Shown here: positions 1 through 8,345 of the stretch, one piece after another
Layout: every line of letters begins with the position of its first letter
Position numbering within the stretch: the stretch's first letter is position 1
Virus record (IMG/VR): IMGVR_UViG_3300046383_000032
Span: 161 to 64,160 of that record
From: a virus
Lineage: Duplodnaviria > Caudoviricetes
DNA length: 64,000 nt
Reading direction: 5' to 3' (one strand)
The notes under the pieces: model-generated
Seen by the model: the letters and a program-made list of their open reading frames with translations, nothing else
What the model was told of the DNA's origin: nothing
Database searches by the model: none
Translations under genes and position numbers: made by a program

Positions 1-14
1 CCTACCATCAACAA

Positions 15-45
15 AGGGGGGCAGCCTGCGCTGCCCCCCTGCTTT
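15..45 (+). terminator. GC-rich hairpin, possible terminator
   Basis: AGGGGGGCAGC (15-25) pairs with GCTGCCCCCCT (30-40), followed by GCTTT; only a short U tract. Confidence 0.4.
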
Positions 46-81
46 ACCTTCGAAGGTATCAACGAGGAGACCGCAACACTC

Positions 82-426
82 ATGATCGACGTACTCAAGA
101 TAGGCGTGCCGTTGGGCGCGCTCATGGGCCTGCTGCTGGCAGCCGAGCCGCTGCCCGCTCAGAACCGCGTGCCGTGCTGGACGGTGCCCAACGGGGCCGC
201 CTTCACGACGCAGTGTGCCAACGGTTGGTTCATGTCGCTGATGCCCGACGGCACCGTCGTCGAGGGCGTCCTGACCGACCCGACCGCAACCAATCCCGGC
301 TCGACCATCCCGATGGACGACAAGGGCAACGTCATCAACCGTGGTGCCGTGCAGGCACCGCCACCCAACCAGAACAACGCCGCTCCCGGCAGCTGGTACT
401 ACTATGGAGGTCAACCCCCGCAATGA
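82..426 (+). CDS. hypothetical secreted protein
   Basis: GAGGAG RBS upstream; hydrophobic N-terminus ending AAEPLPAQ resembles a signal peptide; Pro/Asn-rich tail. Confidence 0.7.
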   Translation: MIDVLKIGVPLGALMGLLLAAEPLPAQNRVPCWTVPNGAAFTTQCANGWFMSLMPDGTVVEGVLTDPTATNPGSTIPMDDKGNVINRGAVQAPPPNQNNAAPGSWYYYGGQPPQ

Positions 427-608
427 GCACCCTACGTACAATGCGAATTATTGTCCTGTCGCTGGCCTTCGCCGTCTTTACGGCATTGGCCATTGGGCTG
501 GCCGTCACCTACGACCGGGAGAACTGGGCGTGGTGGTGGGTCGGCATCGTCACCGTGCTGATGCTCGCCATCGTGGCGGACATCTGGCGCGACATGTGGA
601 GGTCGTGA
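423..608 (+). CDS. small two-TM membrane protein
   Basis: ATGA overlap with the previous stop; two hydrophobic stretches (IIVLSLAFAVFTALAIGLAV and WWWVGIVTVLMLAIVA). Confidence 0.65.
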   Translation: MSTLRTMRIIVLSLAFAVFTALAIGLAVTYDRENWAWWWVGIVTVLMLAIVADIWRDMWRS

Positions 609-955
609 TGACACTCAAGTCGCGGCGCTTCTACATGCTCATGGCCTACCTTGCGGGGAGCTTCCCGAATGGTCGGCCCCGCGTGATCCCCGTGCCGCCG
701 CCGCCCGGCGTCGCCGGCGACTGCCTGCTGTGGGAAGGGGCCAAGTCGGTGTCCGGCGACGGCAGGCACTACGCCAAGGCCAAGGTGGAGGGCAAGACCG
801 GGCACCTGCGGACCGCCATCTGCTGCGCCAACTACGGCTGGGCGGACATCACCGGCTACGCGGGCGTCGTCGCCGTCTGCGACCAGCCGCTGTGCTGCAA
901 CCCCGACCATCTCAAGCCCGGCGTCAGGCCGGAGGCAAGGCTGGTGGCGTCGTGA
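608..955 (+). CDS. HNH-endonuclease-like protein, probably degenerate
   Basis: TGATG coupling; CLLWEGAK...CDQPLCCNPDHL resembles the phage HNH pattern CW.W.G...H.CDN..C.NP.HL but lacks the His before CD. Confidence 0.55.
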   Translation: MTLKSRRFYMLMAYLAGSFPNGRPRVIPVPPPPGVAGDCLLWEGAKSVSGDGRHYAKAKVEGKTGHLRTAICCANYGWADITGYAGVVAVCDQPLCCNPDHLKPGVRPEARLVAS

Positions 956-1152
956 CCACCCGCGAAGCCAAGCTCGAGGAGGTCGTGCAGGCTCTCCTCG
1001 CGTGGGGCCGGGACAACGTCAGCCCGTCTGACAGCCCGAGCCTGCACCTCCTGCTGATCGCAGCCGCAACTGCGCTCAACACTCCGAAAGACGACTACCA
1101 CCCGACGGCGCAGAACCTCGCCATCGACACCATCCTCAACGACCGAAGCTAA
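952..1152 (+). CDS. hypothetical protein
   Basis: GTGA overlap; GC3-rich codons (VTTREAKLEE...). Confidence 0.55.
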   Translation: MTTREAKLEEVVQALLAWGRDNVSPSDSPSLHLLLIAAATALNTPKDDYHPTAQNLAIDTILNDRS

Positions 1153-1209
1153 CCTTCGAAGGTAAGGGGGGTACTGCGCGGTGCAGTACCCCAACACAGG
1201 AGAGAAGTC

Positions 1210-1458
1210 ATGAACGACAAGATCATCGGCAAGTGGGTGCGCTCCTTCGGGTCGCGCTACTGGGAAGGGCCCTGCACCTGCGGTTCAGGCAGGGAAGGCC
1301 ATGAGTTGTACGACGGCAACGGCATCTACTGCGGCATCAGCTGCTCGAAGTGCAGGCGCGAGGACACCTACCGTCCCGAGATCATGAACCGGGCCTACGA
1401 CAGCAACGACGTCGACGAGCAGATCGAGCCCGACGACGATGGCGGGGAGCGCTGGTGA
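1210..1458 (+). CDS. small Cys-rich, probably Zn-binding protein
   Basis: CTCG and CSKC pairs; AGGAGA leader. Confidence 0.7.
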   Translation: MNDKIIGKWVRSFGSRYWEGPCTCGSGREGHELYDGNGIYCGISCSKCRREDTYRPEIMNRAYDSNDVDEQIEPDDDGGERW

Positions 1459-1916
1459 TGGACGGCACCCCAATTCATCCGCTCGCCGGGCGACCCGAGA
1501 TCATCTTCGACGTCCTGATCAACGCCAAGGGGCAGCGCGTGCCGGTCGTCGCCGTCAGCGAGGACGAGCCCGCCGTCGTCTCCGCGCAGAAGGCGCTGAT
1601 GTACGGCAGCAACCGCCTCTGCGCGACCTGCGGCGGGCCGATGGGGGAGCTGGCGTGGTTCGTGCTGAAGGGCAGGGCACCCGTGCGCTTCGGTCCCAAT
1701 GGACGCCGCCACATCCACTTTCTGGAGATGGCCAACGTCAACGCCGACAAGAACCCGCCGATGCACCTCGAGTGCGCCCGCCTCACCGTGGGCGGCGGCT
1801 GCCCGTTCATGTCGCGGCAGCCGACGACCTTGGCTGCCGTCCGCTCCTACACATGGCAGGACAACGGCACCGACTGGGTGTTCAGTGGCCGCATCGTCGA
1901 GATGAGGAGGAAGTAG
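1458..1916 (+). CDS. hypothetical Zn-binding protein
   Basis: TGATG coupling; CATC...PPMHLECA...CP motif. Confidence 0.7.
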   Translation: MDGTPIHPLAGRPEIIFDVLINAKGQRVPVVAVSEDEPAVVSAQKALMYGSNRLCATCGGPMGELAWFVLKGRAPVRFGPNGRRHIHFLEMANVNADKNPPMHLECARLTVGGGCPFMSRQPTTLAAVRSYTWQDNGTDWVFSGRIVEMRRK

Positions 1917-2141
1917 ATGGCCAACACTCAGAACGAACGCTGCGGCCAGTGCGACGTCGAGTGGATAGACGAGGATGCGCTGTACTGCATCGCCTGCGGT
2001 GCGCCGCGCGTCGATGAGCTGGTGCGCTGCCGCTACTGCAACGAGGAGCGCGAGGGCGTCGAGGTCGCCTCGACGTGGCAGCAGTGGCAGTGCGGGGCGT
2101 GCGGCAACTGGAACCAGAGAGGCAAGGAGGAACTCGACTGA
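1917..2141 (+). CDS. multi-CxxC zinc-ribbon protein
   Basis: four CxxC pairs (CGQC, CIAC, CRYC, CGAC). Confidence 0.7.
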   Translation: MANTQNERCGQCDVEWIDEDALYCIACGAPRVDELVRCRYCNEEREGVEVASTWQQWQCGACGNWNQRGKEELD

Positions 2142-2491
2142 TGTCGCGCAAGAAACGCCGCACGCTCGACAACTTGGCGAGGCAGTCCATCGCCCTTGCC
2201 AAGGCGCGCGCCCTTCAGCCGGTCCGCCGGGTGCCCATGCTGTTCTACAATCCCGAGGATGCCGTCCGGCACTATGGGCGCAGCGTGATGTTCAAGCTGG
2301 TGCGTCACGACGACCACCGTCTGGCCTACGGCGGCAAGAAAGAGGACTGGGACCCGTGGGTGCCGTTCGACCATGGCCTCGTCTACACCTTGGACGAGGC
2401 CGTCTTCATCGAGACGCACGGCCTGCATTACGACACCACGGTGTGGTGGCCGGTCGGCTGGCGCATCGCGTTCAAGGAGGAGGAACTGTGA
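2141..2491 (+). CDS. hypothetical protein
   Basis: TGATG coupling; AAGGAGG RBS; MSRKKRR start. Confidence 0.7.
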   Translation: MSRKKRRTLDNLARQSIALAKARALQPVRRVPMLFYNPEDAVRHYGRSVMFKLVRHDDHRLAYGGKKEDWDPWVPFDHGLVYTLDEAVFIETHGLHYDTTVWWPVGWRIAFKEEEL

Positions 2492-2889
2492 CGACCATAC
2501 TCGACGACCTGCCCAGCCCCTGCGACATCGGCTGGCATACCTGCCTGCGCAGCTACCGCATCAACCGGGCCGTTACACTCCGGCGGCTGCTGGCGCTCTA
2601 CGACCGGGCCCGCCAAGTCGACAGCTGGTCGACCGAGATCGAGCACAGGCGGCCCATGAACAACGACGAGGTGCAGGAGGCCCACGACCGGCTGCGCTCG
2701 CTTGCCATCCGGCTCAACATGGAGCGCGACCGGCTGCTTGGCCTGCGCCTCTACCTCGAGCACTGCCGGGTGGTCCATCGCCGTGCCGACCGGCACGAGT
2801 ACGAACAGATCGTGCGCAACCTCGACGCGGGCATACCGGCCAGCGTCACGCGCCAGCTGCTGCGACGAATGAAGGCGTCCGTGCACTGA
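2488..2889 (+). CDS. hypothetical protein
   Basis: GTG start overlapping the previous stop; GGAGGAGG RBS. Confidence 0.65.
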   Translation: MTTILDDLPSPCDIGWHTCLRSYRINRAVTLRRLLALYDRARQVDSWSTEIEHRRPMNNDEVQEAHDRLRSLAIRLNMERDRLLGLRLYLEHCRVVHRRADRHEYEQIVRNLDAGIPASVTRQLLRRMKASVH

Positions 2890-3140
2890 TGAAGAACCGC
2901 AACGCCAACGTCGGCGCGGTCCGGCGCACGGCGAAGGAGATGGGAGCCGAGGTCCTCGAGATCAGGGGCGGCCACAAGCACAACCGCGTCAGGCTGCGCA
3001 CCCGGTCGGGTGTGGAGTTCTGGATGCATATCTCGTCGGGCACCCAGCACGACGTGCTCGTCCATCGCAACTGGACGAGGCAGGCGATACGGCGGGCCGA
3101 GGCCCGCAAGGAGGTGAACAGCTCATACCGTCAAAGGTAA
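2889..3140 (+). CDS. small basic protein, possibly HicA-like fold
   Basis: TGATG coupling; EIRGGHKHNRVRL...FWMHISSG loosely resembles the HicA beta-hairpin His motif; weak. Confidence 0.5.
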   Translation: MKNRNANVGAVRRTAKEMGAEVLEIRGGHKHNRVRLRTRSGVEFWMHISSGTQHDVLVHRNWTRQAIRRAEARKEVNSSYRQR

Positions 3141-3211
3141 GAACTTTCCATCAACAGGGGGTACTGCGCGGTGCAGTACCGCACCTGACCAAACACAGGA
3201 TAAAATACGTC

Positions 3212-4342
3212 ATGGACCTTTCAAAGATCGTCAAGCTCCTGCCCGGCTACATCCGCGCAGGCATCTGCCTCGAGATCAGGGGCAACTCCGGCATCGGCAA
3301 GACCGACATGATCAGGCAGTTCGTCTGGGACATGAACAGCAAGCTGGTCGGCGGGACATGGGGCATCGGCTCGCACTTCTTCGCGACCTACACTCCGAGC
3401 GACGTCACCGGCTACCTGATGCCGCGTGAGATCACCGTGGTCAACGCCGACGGCACGACCACCGTGCAGACCATCAGCGTCTGGTCGACGCCCGCGTGGG
3501 CTCGCGCCGACAAGGGTCAGAAGTTCGAGATGCTGAACGACTTCGACAATGGCGTGCTCGCCATGGAGGAGTACGACAAGGCCGGTCTCGAGGTCAAGAA
3601 GGCGGCGGCTCCCGTGCAGCTCTACGGCGGCATCGGCGACTTCATGCTGAAGCCGACCATCGGGCGCATCATGCTGACCAACCACGCCGCCGAAGGGCGG
3701 CAGGGCTCGACCAAGGAGTTCGACTTCACGATCAGCCGCAAGATACTCGTGAACGCGACGCAGTCGGTCAGCGGCTGGATGGACTGGGCGCTGCAGAACG
3801 GGGTCAACCCGGTCACGGTAGCCTTCGCCGAGGAGCACCCCAACGCGGTGTTCGGCAACATCCTGCCGGAGAAGCAGGGGCCGTTCTGCAATCCTCGCAC
3901 GCTGGTCATGCTCGATAGCGTGGCGCGCGAGACCGGCCTGCTCACCAACGACGGCGAGTTGACCGACGCGGAAGCGTTCTACGAGACGGCAACGGGTGCC
4001 ATCGGATCGGTGGCGACCAAGGACCTGACGACGTTCCTGAAGTTCAGGGACGACGTGCCCAAGTGGGATGAGATCGTGGCCAGCCCCGGCAAGGCCAAGG
4101 TCTCGAGCAACTCGGGGGCGCAGCTGATGGCTGCCCACATCTGCGCCTTCAACGTGGACGACAAGACCATCGAGGCGGCGGTGACCTACATCCGCAGGCT
4201 GACCCCGTCGTTCCACATCGTCTTCATCAAGGCTGCCACGCGCCGCAACTTCCGGCTGGTGATCAGCAAGGCGATGAAGAAGTGGACATCGGAAGAGCCG
4301 AGGCTGGTCGCCCTGATCAACGCCTTGGGCGGCAACAAGTAG
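3212..4342 (+). CDS. MoxR-type AAA+ ATPase
   Basis: Walker A GNSGIGKT; Walker B-like LAMEEYDK; NPRT motif; lies upstream of a vWA gene, a known phage pairing. Confidence 0.85.
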   Translation: MDLSKIVKLLPGYIRAGICLEIRGNSGIGKTDMIRQFVWDMNSKLVGGTWGIGSHFFATYTPSDVTGYLMPREITVVNADGTTTVQTISVWSTPAWARADKGQKFEMLNDFDNGVLAMEEYDKAGLEVKKAAAPVQLYGGIGDFMLKPTIGRIMLTNHAAEGRQGSTKEFDFTISRKILVNATQSVSGWMDWALQNGVNPVTVAFAEEHPNAVFGNILPEKQGPFCNPRTLVMLDSVARETGLLTNDGELTDAEAFYETATGAIGSVATKDLTTFLKFRDDVPKWDEIVASPGKAKVSSNSGAQLMAAHICAFNVDDKTIEAAVTYIRRLTPSFHIVFIKAATRRNFRLVISKAMKKWTSEEPRLVALINALGGNK

Positions 4343-4376
4343 ATTACCTTCGAAGGTAATCAGGCGAAACCTGCTT

Positions 4377-4404
4377 CCTTGCTACCGCTATAGCGGTAGC
4401 AAGG
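4377..4404. repeat. 28-bp perfect palindrome
   Basis: CCTTGCTACCGCTATAGCGGTAGCAAGG is its own reverse complement. Confidence 0.9.
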
Positions 4405-4449
4405 TTGGGGGGTAAATGTCAAGAAACAATTCAGGTAAAGGACAAGTCA

Positions 4450-4671
4450 ATGAACATCGTGTTTCATGTTGAACTGCGCGTGCAGAACGCCGAGACGGAA
4501 GACCACATCGAGGCCATCAGCGAGAGCCTGCGGCGGGCAGCGGGGCTCCTACACTCCGACTGCGCGCTGATCCTCGGCGAGGCTTCCGATCCGAAGCTCG
4601 AGATGTGGGGCGAGACGCTGACCGGCGGGCGCTTCGACATCGACCTGCCGAAGCCCGAGGAGGTGCTGTGA
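4450..4671 (+). CDS. small hypothetical protein, paralog of 4808-4987
   Basis: MNIVFHVELR...LLHSDCALILGEASDPKLEMWG. Confidence 0.7.
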   Translation: MNIVFHVELRVQNAETEDHIEAISESLRRAAGLLHSDCALILGEASDPKLEMWGETLTGGRFDIDLPKPEEVL

Positions 4672-4811
4672 TGCCGGTCTATCGCGTCACCACCCAGCGG
4701 GTGTTCGTCGTCGAGGCCGATAACGACGGCGCGGCCATCGACGAGATCAATGCCGAACTGCACTGGGACAACGAGAGCATCGTGTCCTGCGTGGAGGTCG
4801 AGATCGAATGA
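4671..4811 (+). CDS. 46-aa acidic hypothetical protein
   Basis: TGATG coupling; GGAGG RBS; MPVYRVTTQRVFVVEAD. Confidence 0.6.
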   Translation: MPVYRVTTQRVFVVEADNDGAAIDEINAELHWDNESIVSCVEVEIE

Positions 4812-4987
4812 GGCGCTTCCATATCGCCATTACCTGCAAAGGTATCACCAACCGGCAGATGGACCGGATCGTAGACGCGATGCAGCGGCCCGCAAGGCTG
4901 CTGCACGCCGACGCTGTTCTGATCTTGGGGGATGATCCCGCCCCCAAGGTCGAGATGTGGGGTCAGGACGAGGAGGACTATACGTGA
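4808..4987 (+). CDS. 59-aa hypothetical protein, not in the ORF track
   Basis: translated by hand: MRRFHIAITCKG...LLHADAVLILGDDPAPKVEMWGQDEEDYT; overlaps start/stop codons on both sides. Confidence 0.7.
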   Translation: MRRFHIAITCKGITNRQMDRIVDAMQRPARLLHADAVLILGDDPAPKVEMWGQDEEDYT

Positions 4988-6246
4988 ATAAATCACCGCT
5001 GAAGAAGGTCAAGCTGGACGCCCAGCAGCGCAAGCTCTGGGAAGACACCTTGGCCGCGCTGAGCTGGGTCGCGCCCGGCTTCGTGCACATCATCTACGAG
5101 ATGCTGAACAACACGGGTGACGACGAAGTCGCCCTGTTCACCGAGGACATCGCCTACACGGCGGCAACCGACGGCTTCCAGATCATCCTGAAGCCCTCGA
5201 GCTTCTTCGGCTATACGCTGATGGAGCGGGTGTTCATCGTGCTGCACGAGACCATGCACGAGATACTCAACCACTGCCGGATGAGCTTCAACCTGCGCAA
5301 GGTTGGCAAGGTTACCGTCGCAGGTAAGACGCTGCCCTACGACCTGATGTTCGCCAACATCGTGCAGGACTTGGTGATCAACGCCATCCTGATCGCATCC
5401 AAGCTCGGGCTCTACAACAAGGCGTGGCTGTTCGACGCCAAGCTGCAGGCCGAGACGAAGGACTGGATCGACCTGTACTTCGAACTGTGGAAGGACATGC
5501 CCAAGGTGTCCAAGCTCGACGGCTTCGACCAGCACATGGAGCCGAACGAGAGCAAGGGCGAGGACCCCAACGAGGCGCAGCCGCGCAACGACACTCAGTG
5601 GGAGATCGCCGTCGCGGCGGGCATGGAGATACAGCGCGCCCACGGCAAGCTGCCTCAGGCACTCGAGCACTTCTTCGACATGGTGCTCAATCCCAAGGTG
5701 CCGTGGGCCGAACACGTCCGGGGGCTCATCGCCCGGATGTCGAACTCGGGCGGCTACGACTGGCACAGGCTCGACCGGCGTCTCATCGTGCGGGGCATCG
5801 GCGCGCCAAGCATGACGGGCTTCGGAGCCGACATCATCGTGGTCGGCGGCGACACATCGGGCTCGGTGTTCATGGACAAGACGCTGATCGCAAGGTGGAT
5901 CGGCGAGATCGGCGGCGTCATCGAGGACCTCAACCCGCGCGAGGTCCACGTCGTCTGGTGCGATTGGGAGGTCAAGCGTGTCGACATCTGCACTGACCCG
6001 TCCGATGTTCGCCAGATGATCTACAAGGGCGTGCCGGGCGGTGGCGGCACGAGCTTCGAGCCGGTGTTCAGATACATCGAGGAGAACGATCTGCGCCCCG
6101 ACGCGCTGATCTACCTGACCGACGGCTTCGGAACTTTCCCGAAGCAGCAGCCGGACTTCCCCGTAGTCTGGGGGAATATATCGGGTAAGGCCGCAACCTA
6201 CCCGTGGGGCGACGTCGTCGATGTCCCGACCTCCGCAGAAGCGTAG
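4984..6246 (+). CDS. metallopeptidase-vWA domain protein (MoxR partner)
   Basis: AATDG and HETMH (HExxH) in the N-terminal half; MIDAS DTSGS, GGGGTSF and YLTDG in the C-terminal half; GTG start after GAGGAGG. Confidence 0.85.
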   Translation: MNKSPLKKVKLDAQQRKLWEDTLAALSWVAPGFVHIIYEMLNNTGDDEVALFTEDIAYTAATDGFQIILKPSSFFGYTLMERVFIVLHETMHEILNHCRMSFNLRKVGKVTVAGKTLPYDLMFANIVQDLVINAILIASKLGLYNKAWLFDAKLQAETKDWIDLYFELWKDMPKVSKLDGFDQHMEPNESKGEDPNEAQPRNDTQWEIAVAAGMEIQRAHGKLPQALEHFFDMVLNPKVPWAEHVRGLIARMSNSGGYDWHRLDRRLIVRGIGAPSMTGFGADIIVVGGDTSGSVFMDKTLIARWIGEIGGVIEDLNPREVHVVWCDWEVKRVDICTDPSDVRQMIYKGVPGGGGTSFEPVFRYIEENDLRPDALIYLTDGFGTFPKQQPDFPVVWGNISGKAATYPWGDVVDVPTSAEA

Positions 6247-6259
6247 GACGCACCGGGCG

Positions 6260-6505
6260 ATGCGGCTGGGCTACGGCTCAGCCGCCTTCGCGCGCATCAA
6301 GCACCCCACCGAGCAGGGGCGCTACTACAACGGCGACACGGCGGAGTGGTCGGATACCGACTTCACGTCGTGGGAAATGGACAACTGGCACTACGTCTTC
6401 GGGCGGAACGGTCTTCCGCCCAAAGGGGCTCGCGAATGGACGGACAGCCAAGGACGCCTCTGGGAGTTCTACGGCTTCCACATCCCGTTCGTCGAGGTCG
6501 AGTAG
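6260..6505 (+). CDS. aromatic-rich hypothetical protein
   Basis: GC3-biased ORF between vWA and the motif block. Confidence 0.6.
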   Translation: MRLGYGSAAFARIKHPTEQGRYYNGDTAEWSDTDFTSWEMDNWHYVFGRNGLPPKGAREWTDSQGRLWEFYGFHIPFVEVE

Positions 6506-6567
6506 GTACTGCGCGGTGCAGTACTTACCTTTGAAGGTTAAACGTCAAACACAGGAACTACACTCAA

Positions 6568-7131
6568 ATGGCTAGCACCAGACTGAACCGCAAGATGCGG
6601 GACGAACTGCTCGTGATCGCAAAGAACGAGATCAAGGTCTCGGAGACCTCGGTCATCGAGGCCGAGAAGGTCTTCTTCAAGGCCTTCACCAACCTCCTCA
6701 GGGAGACCTACCCGCAGAAGGACATGAAGGTCCTGCAGAAGTATGGGCTGGCGGGCGAGGGTCTCACCCGCTTCGAGGTCGAGGTTAAGGACGACACCGA
6801 CCGCTACAACTACGACTACTTCACGTACGACGCCAAGGCCAAGCAGCTGCCGACCTTGCTGCCTTCGCAGCGTCGTCGCATGCGGCTGGAGAACGACGTC
6901 GCCAAGCTCTACTGGGCGTGGAAGCACGCCCTGCGCGACGTCGCTAAGGAGCGCGACGAGCGCTATCAGGCGTTCAAGACGCTGGTCACCTGCGCCGTCA
7001 ACCTCGAGCAGGTCGAGGCCGCATGGCCGTCCGCCCGCAAGGTGCGCGGCTACACGGCGAACCTGCCCGCCGTCGCCATCGGTCCGCTGCAGGATCAGGT
7101 GAAGGCGATCCTCGAGAGGATGAAGGCCTAG
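6568..7131 (+). CDS. hypothetical protein, Nmad5-like
   Basis: N-terminal RLNRKMRD and C-terminal LEQVEAAWP recall the phage Nmad5 family; recalled resemblance only. Confidence 0.55.
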   Translation: MASTRLNRKMRDELLVIAKNEIKVSETSVIEAEKVFFKAFTNLLRETYPQKDMKVLQKYGLAGEGLTRFEVEVKDDTDRYNYDYFTYDAKAKQLPTLLPSQRRRMRLENDVAKLYWAWKHALRDVAKERDERYQAFKTLVTCAVNLEQVEAAWPSARKVRGYTANLPAVAIGPLQDQVKAILERMKA

Positions 7132-7144
7132 CAGCAGACCGCTG

Positions 7145-7414
7145 CTACCGTCCGACACCCACACGGACGCCACCGCGCGGCCCCACGGCCACGCTGACCC
7201 CCCCGAAAGGGTAGTTGCCGTAGCCACCTCCGTAATAGGGCTGCGGCACGATCACGGGCACGGGCTGAACGTAGACCGGCGGCGGGTAGTAGACCTGCGG
7301 CTGGGCATAGTATCCGCTCTGGGCGTAGGCATAGCCTCCGCTCTGGGCGTAGGCGTACTGCGGCACGTAATTTGGGTTGCAGAGGTAGAACGCCGCGAGA
7401 AGACATCCAAGCAT
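7145..7414 (-). CDS. small Tyr/Pro/Gly-rich protein, possibly exported, on the opposite strand
   Basis: AAGGAG RBS 6 nt before ATG; hydrophobic N-terminus; YAYAQSG twice; YYPPP and VPQPYY. Confidence 0.7.
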   Translation of the reverse strand: MLGCLLAAFYLCNPNYVPQYAYAQSGGYAYAQSGYYAQPQVYYPPPVYVQPVPVIVPQPYYGGGYGNYPFGGVSVAVGPRGGVRVGVGR

Positions 7415-7502
7415 GGCGCACTCCTTGGGGGCATAGGATCAGTCTACCTCCTACGTCCCCAAGGGGCCAGACATCCCCAACGTTAATCACAGGATCACGA
7501 CA

Positions 7503-8240
7503 ATGGCAATGACCAAGAAAGACACGTCTGTCTTCGGCAGGCACCGGGCGGGCGAGATCAGAGAAGTCGTCCGAGACATGCGAAGCAAGCAGATCGAGCT
7601 GACCAAGGAGGAGTTCACCGCCGAGGAGCTGCTCGACCTGTTCGTCCACCCCGACCATCAGGAACTGATGCGGCAGAGCTACGCTCTGGTCGAGCCGAGC
7701 GGCAACATGGTGGACCTCTACACTCACCATCCCGTTGCCGACGAGTACGGCAAGTCGAGCGGCTACGTCCGGTTCCGCTGGCACCACCGCACGCTCAACG
7801 ACGGCTTCTACGTGCCGCACAAGAAGGGCGCGGAGGAACGCTACAAGGTTACCGTCAACGGTAATGCCAAGCCCGAGAACATCGCCAAGTTCTCCCGCGT
7901 CTGGGACGGGCTGATGGATGTCGAATGGCGCTTCGCCATGGTCGAGCGGGTGTTCGCTAGCCTGAACGGCCTGCTGACCACGCCGGGCCAGATGTTCTAC
8001 GTGTGGCCCTGCATCATGCCCCTGCTGCGCAAGGCAGGGATGGCCGAGGAGGCCGCCAAGCTCGAGCGGCTGACGCGGGCACCAGTCGTCGCCCTGCCGG
8101 ATGGCGTGCGGTCGATGCTGAAGGAGACCAACGACATCGTCTCGGCAGCCTTCATGCTGGAGGACATCGCCAAGCCGAACAACAACAGCTGGCCGATCAG
8201 CTACGACATACACGTCACCATAAGCCTGTCGGTAAAGTAA
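7503..8240 (+). CDS. hypothetical protein
   Basis: 245-aa GC3-biased ORF; CACAGGA leader. Confidence 0.8.
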   Translation: MAMTKKDTSVFGRHRAGEIREVVRDMRSKQIELTKEEFTAEELLDLFVHPDHQELMRQSYALVEPSGNMVDLYTHHPVADEYGKSSGYVRFRWHHRTLNDGFYVPHKKGAEERYKVTVNGNAKPENIAKFSRVWDGLMDVEWRFAMVERVFASLNGLLTTPGQMFYVWPCIMPLLRKAGMAEEAAKLERLTRAPVVALPDGVRSMLKETNDIVSAAFMLEDIAKPNNNSWPISYDIHVTISLSVK

Positions 8241-8244
8241 ACAC

Positions 8245-8273
8245 TTGACATATCACCCCCATGCTGCCATAGT
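8245..8273 (+). promoter_or_regulatory. sigma70-like promoter upstream of the DNA polymerase
   Basis: TTGACA-17 nt-CATAGT. Confidence 0.65.
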
Positions 8274-8345
8274 GGCGGCATGGGGTTCTTTTCTTTTGTC
8301 CGAAATTCGGGTACTGCACCGCGCAGTACCTTGAAAGGTAAGCCA

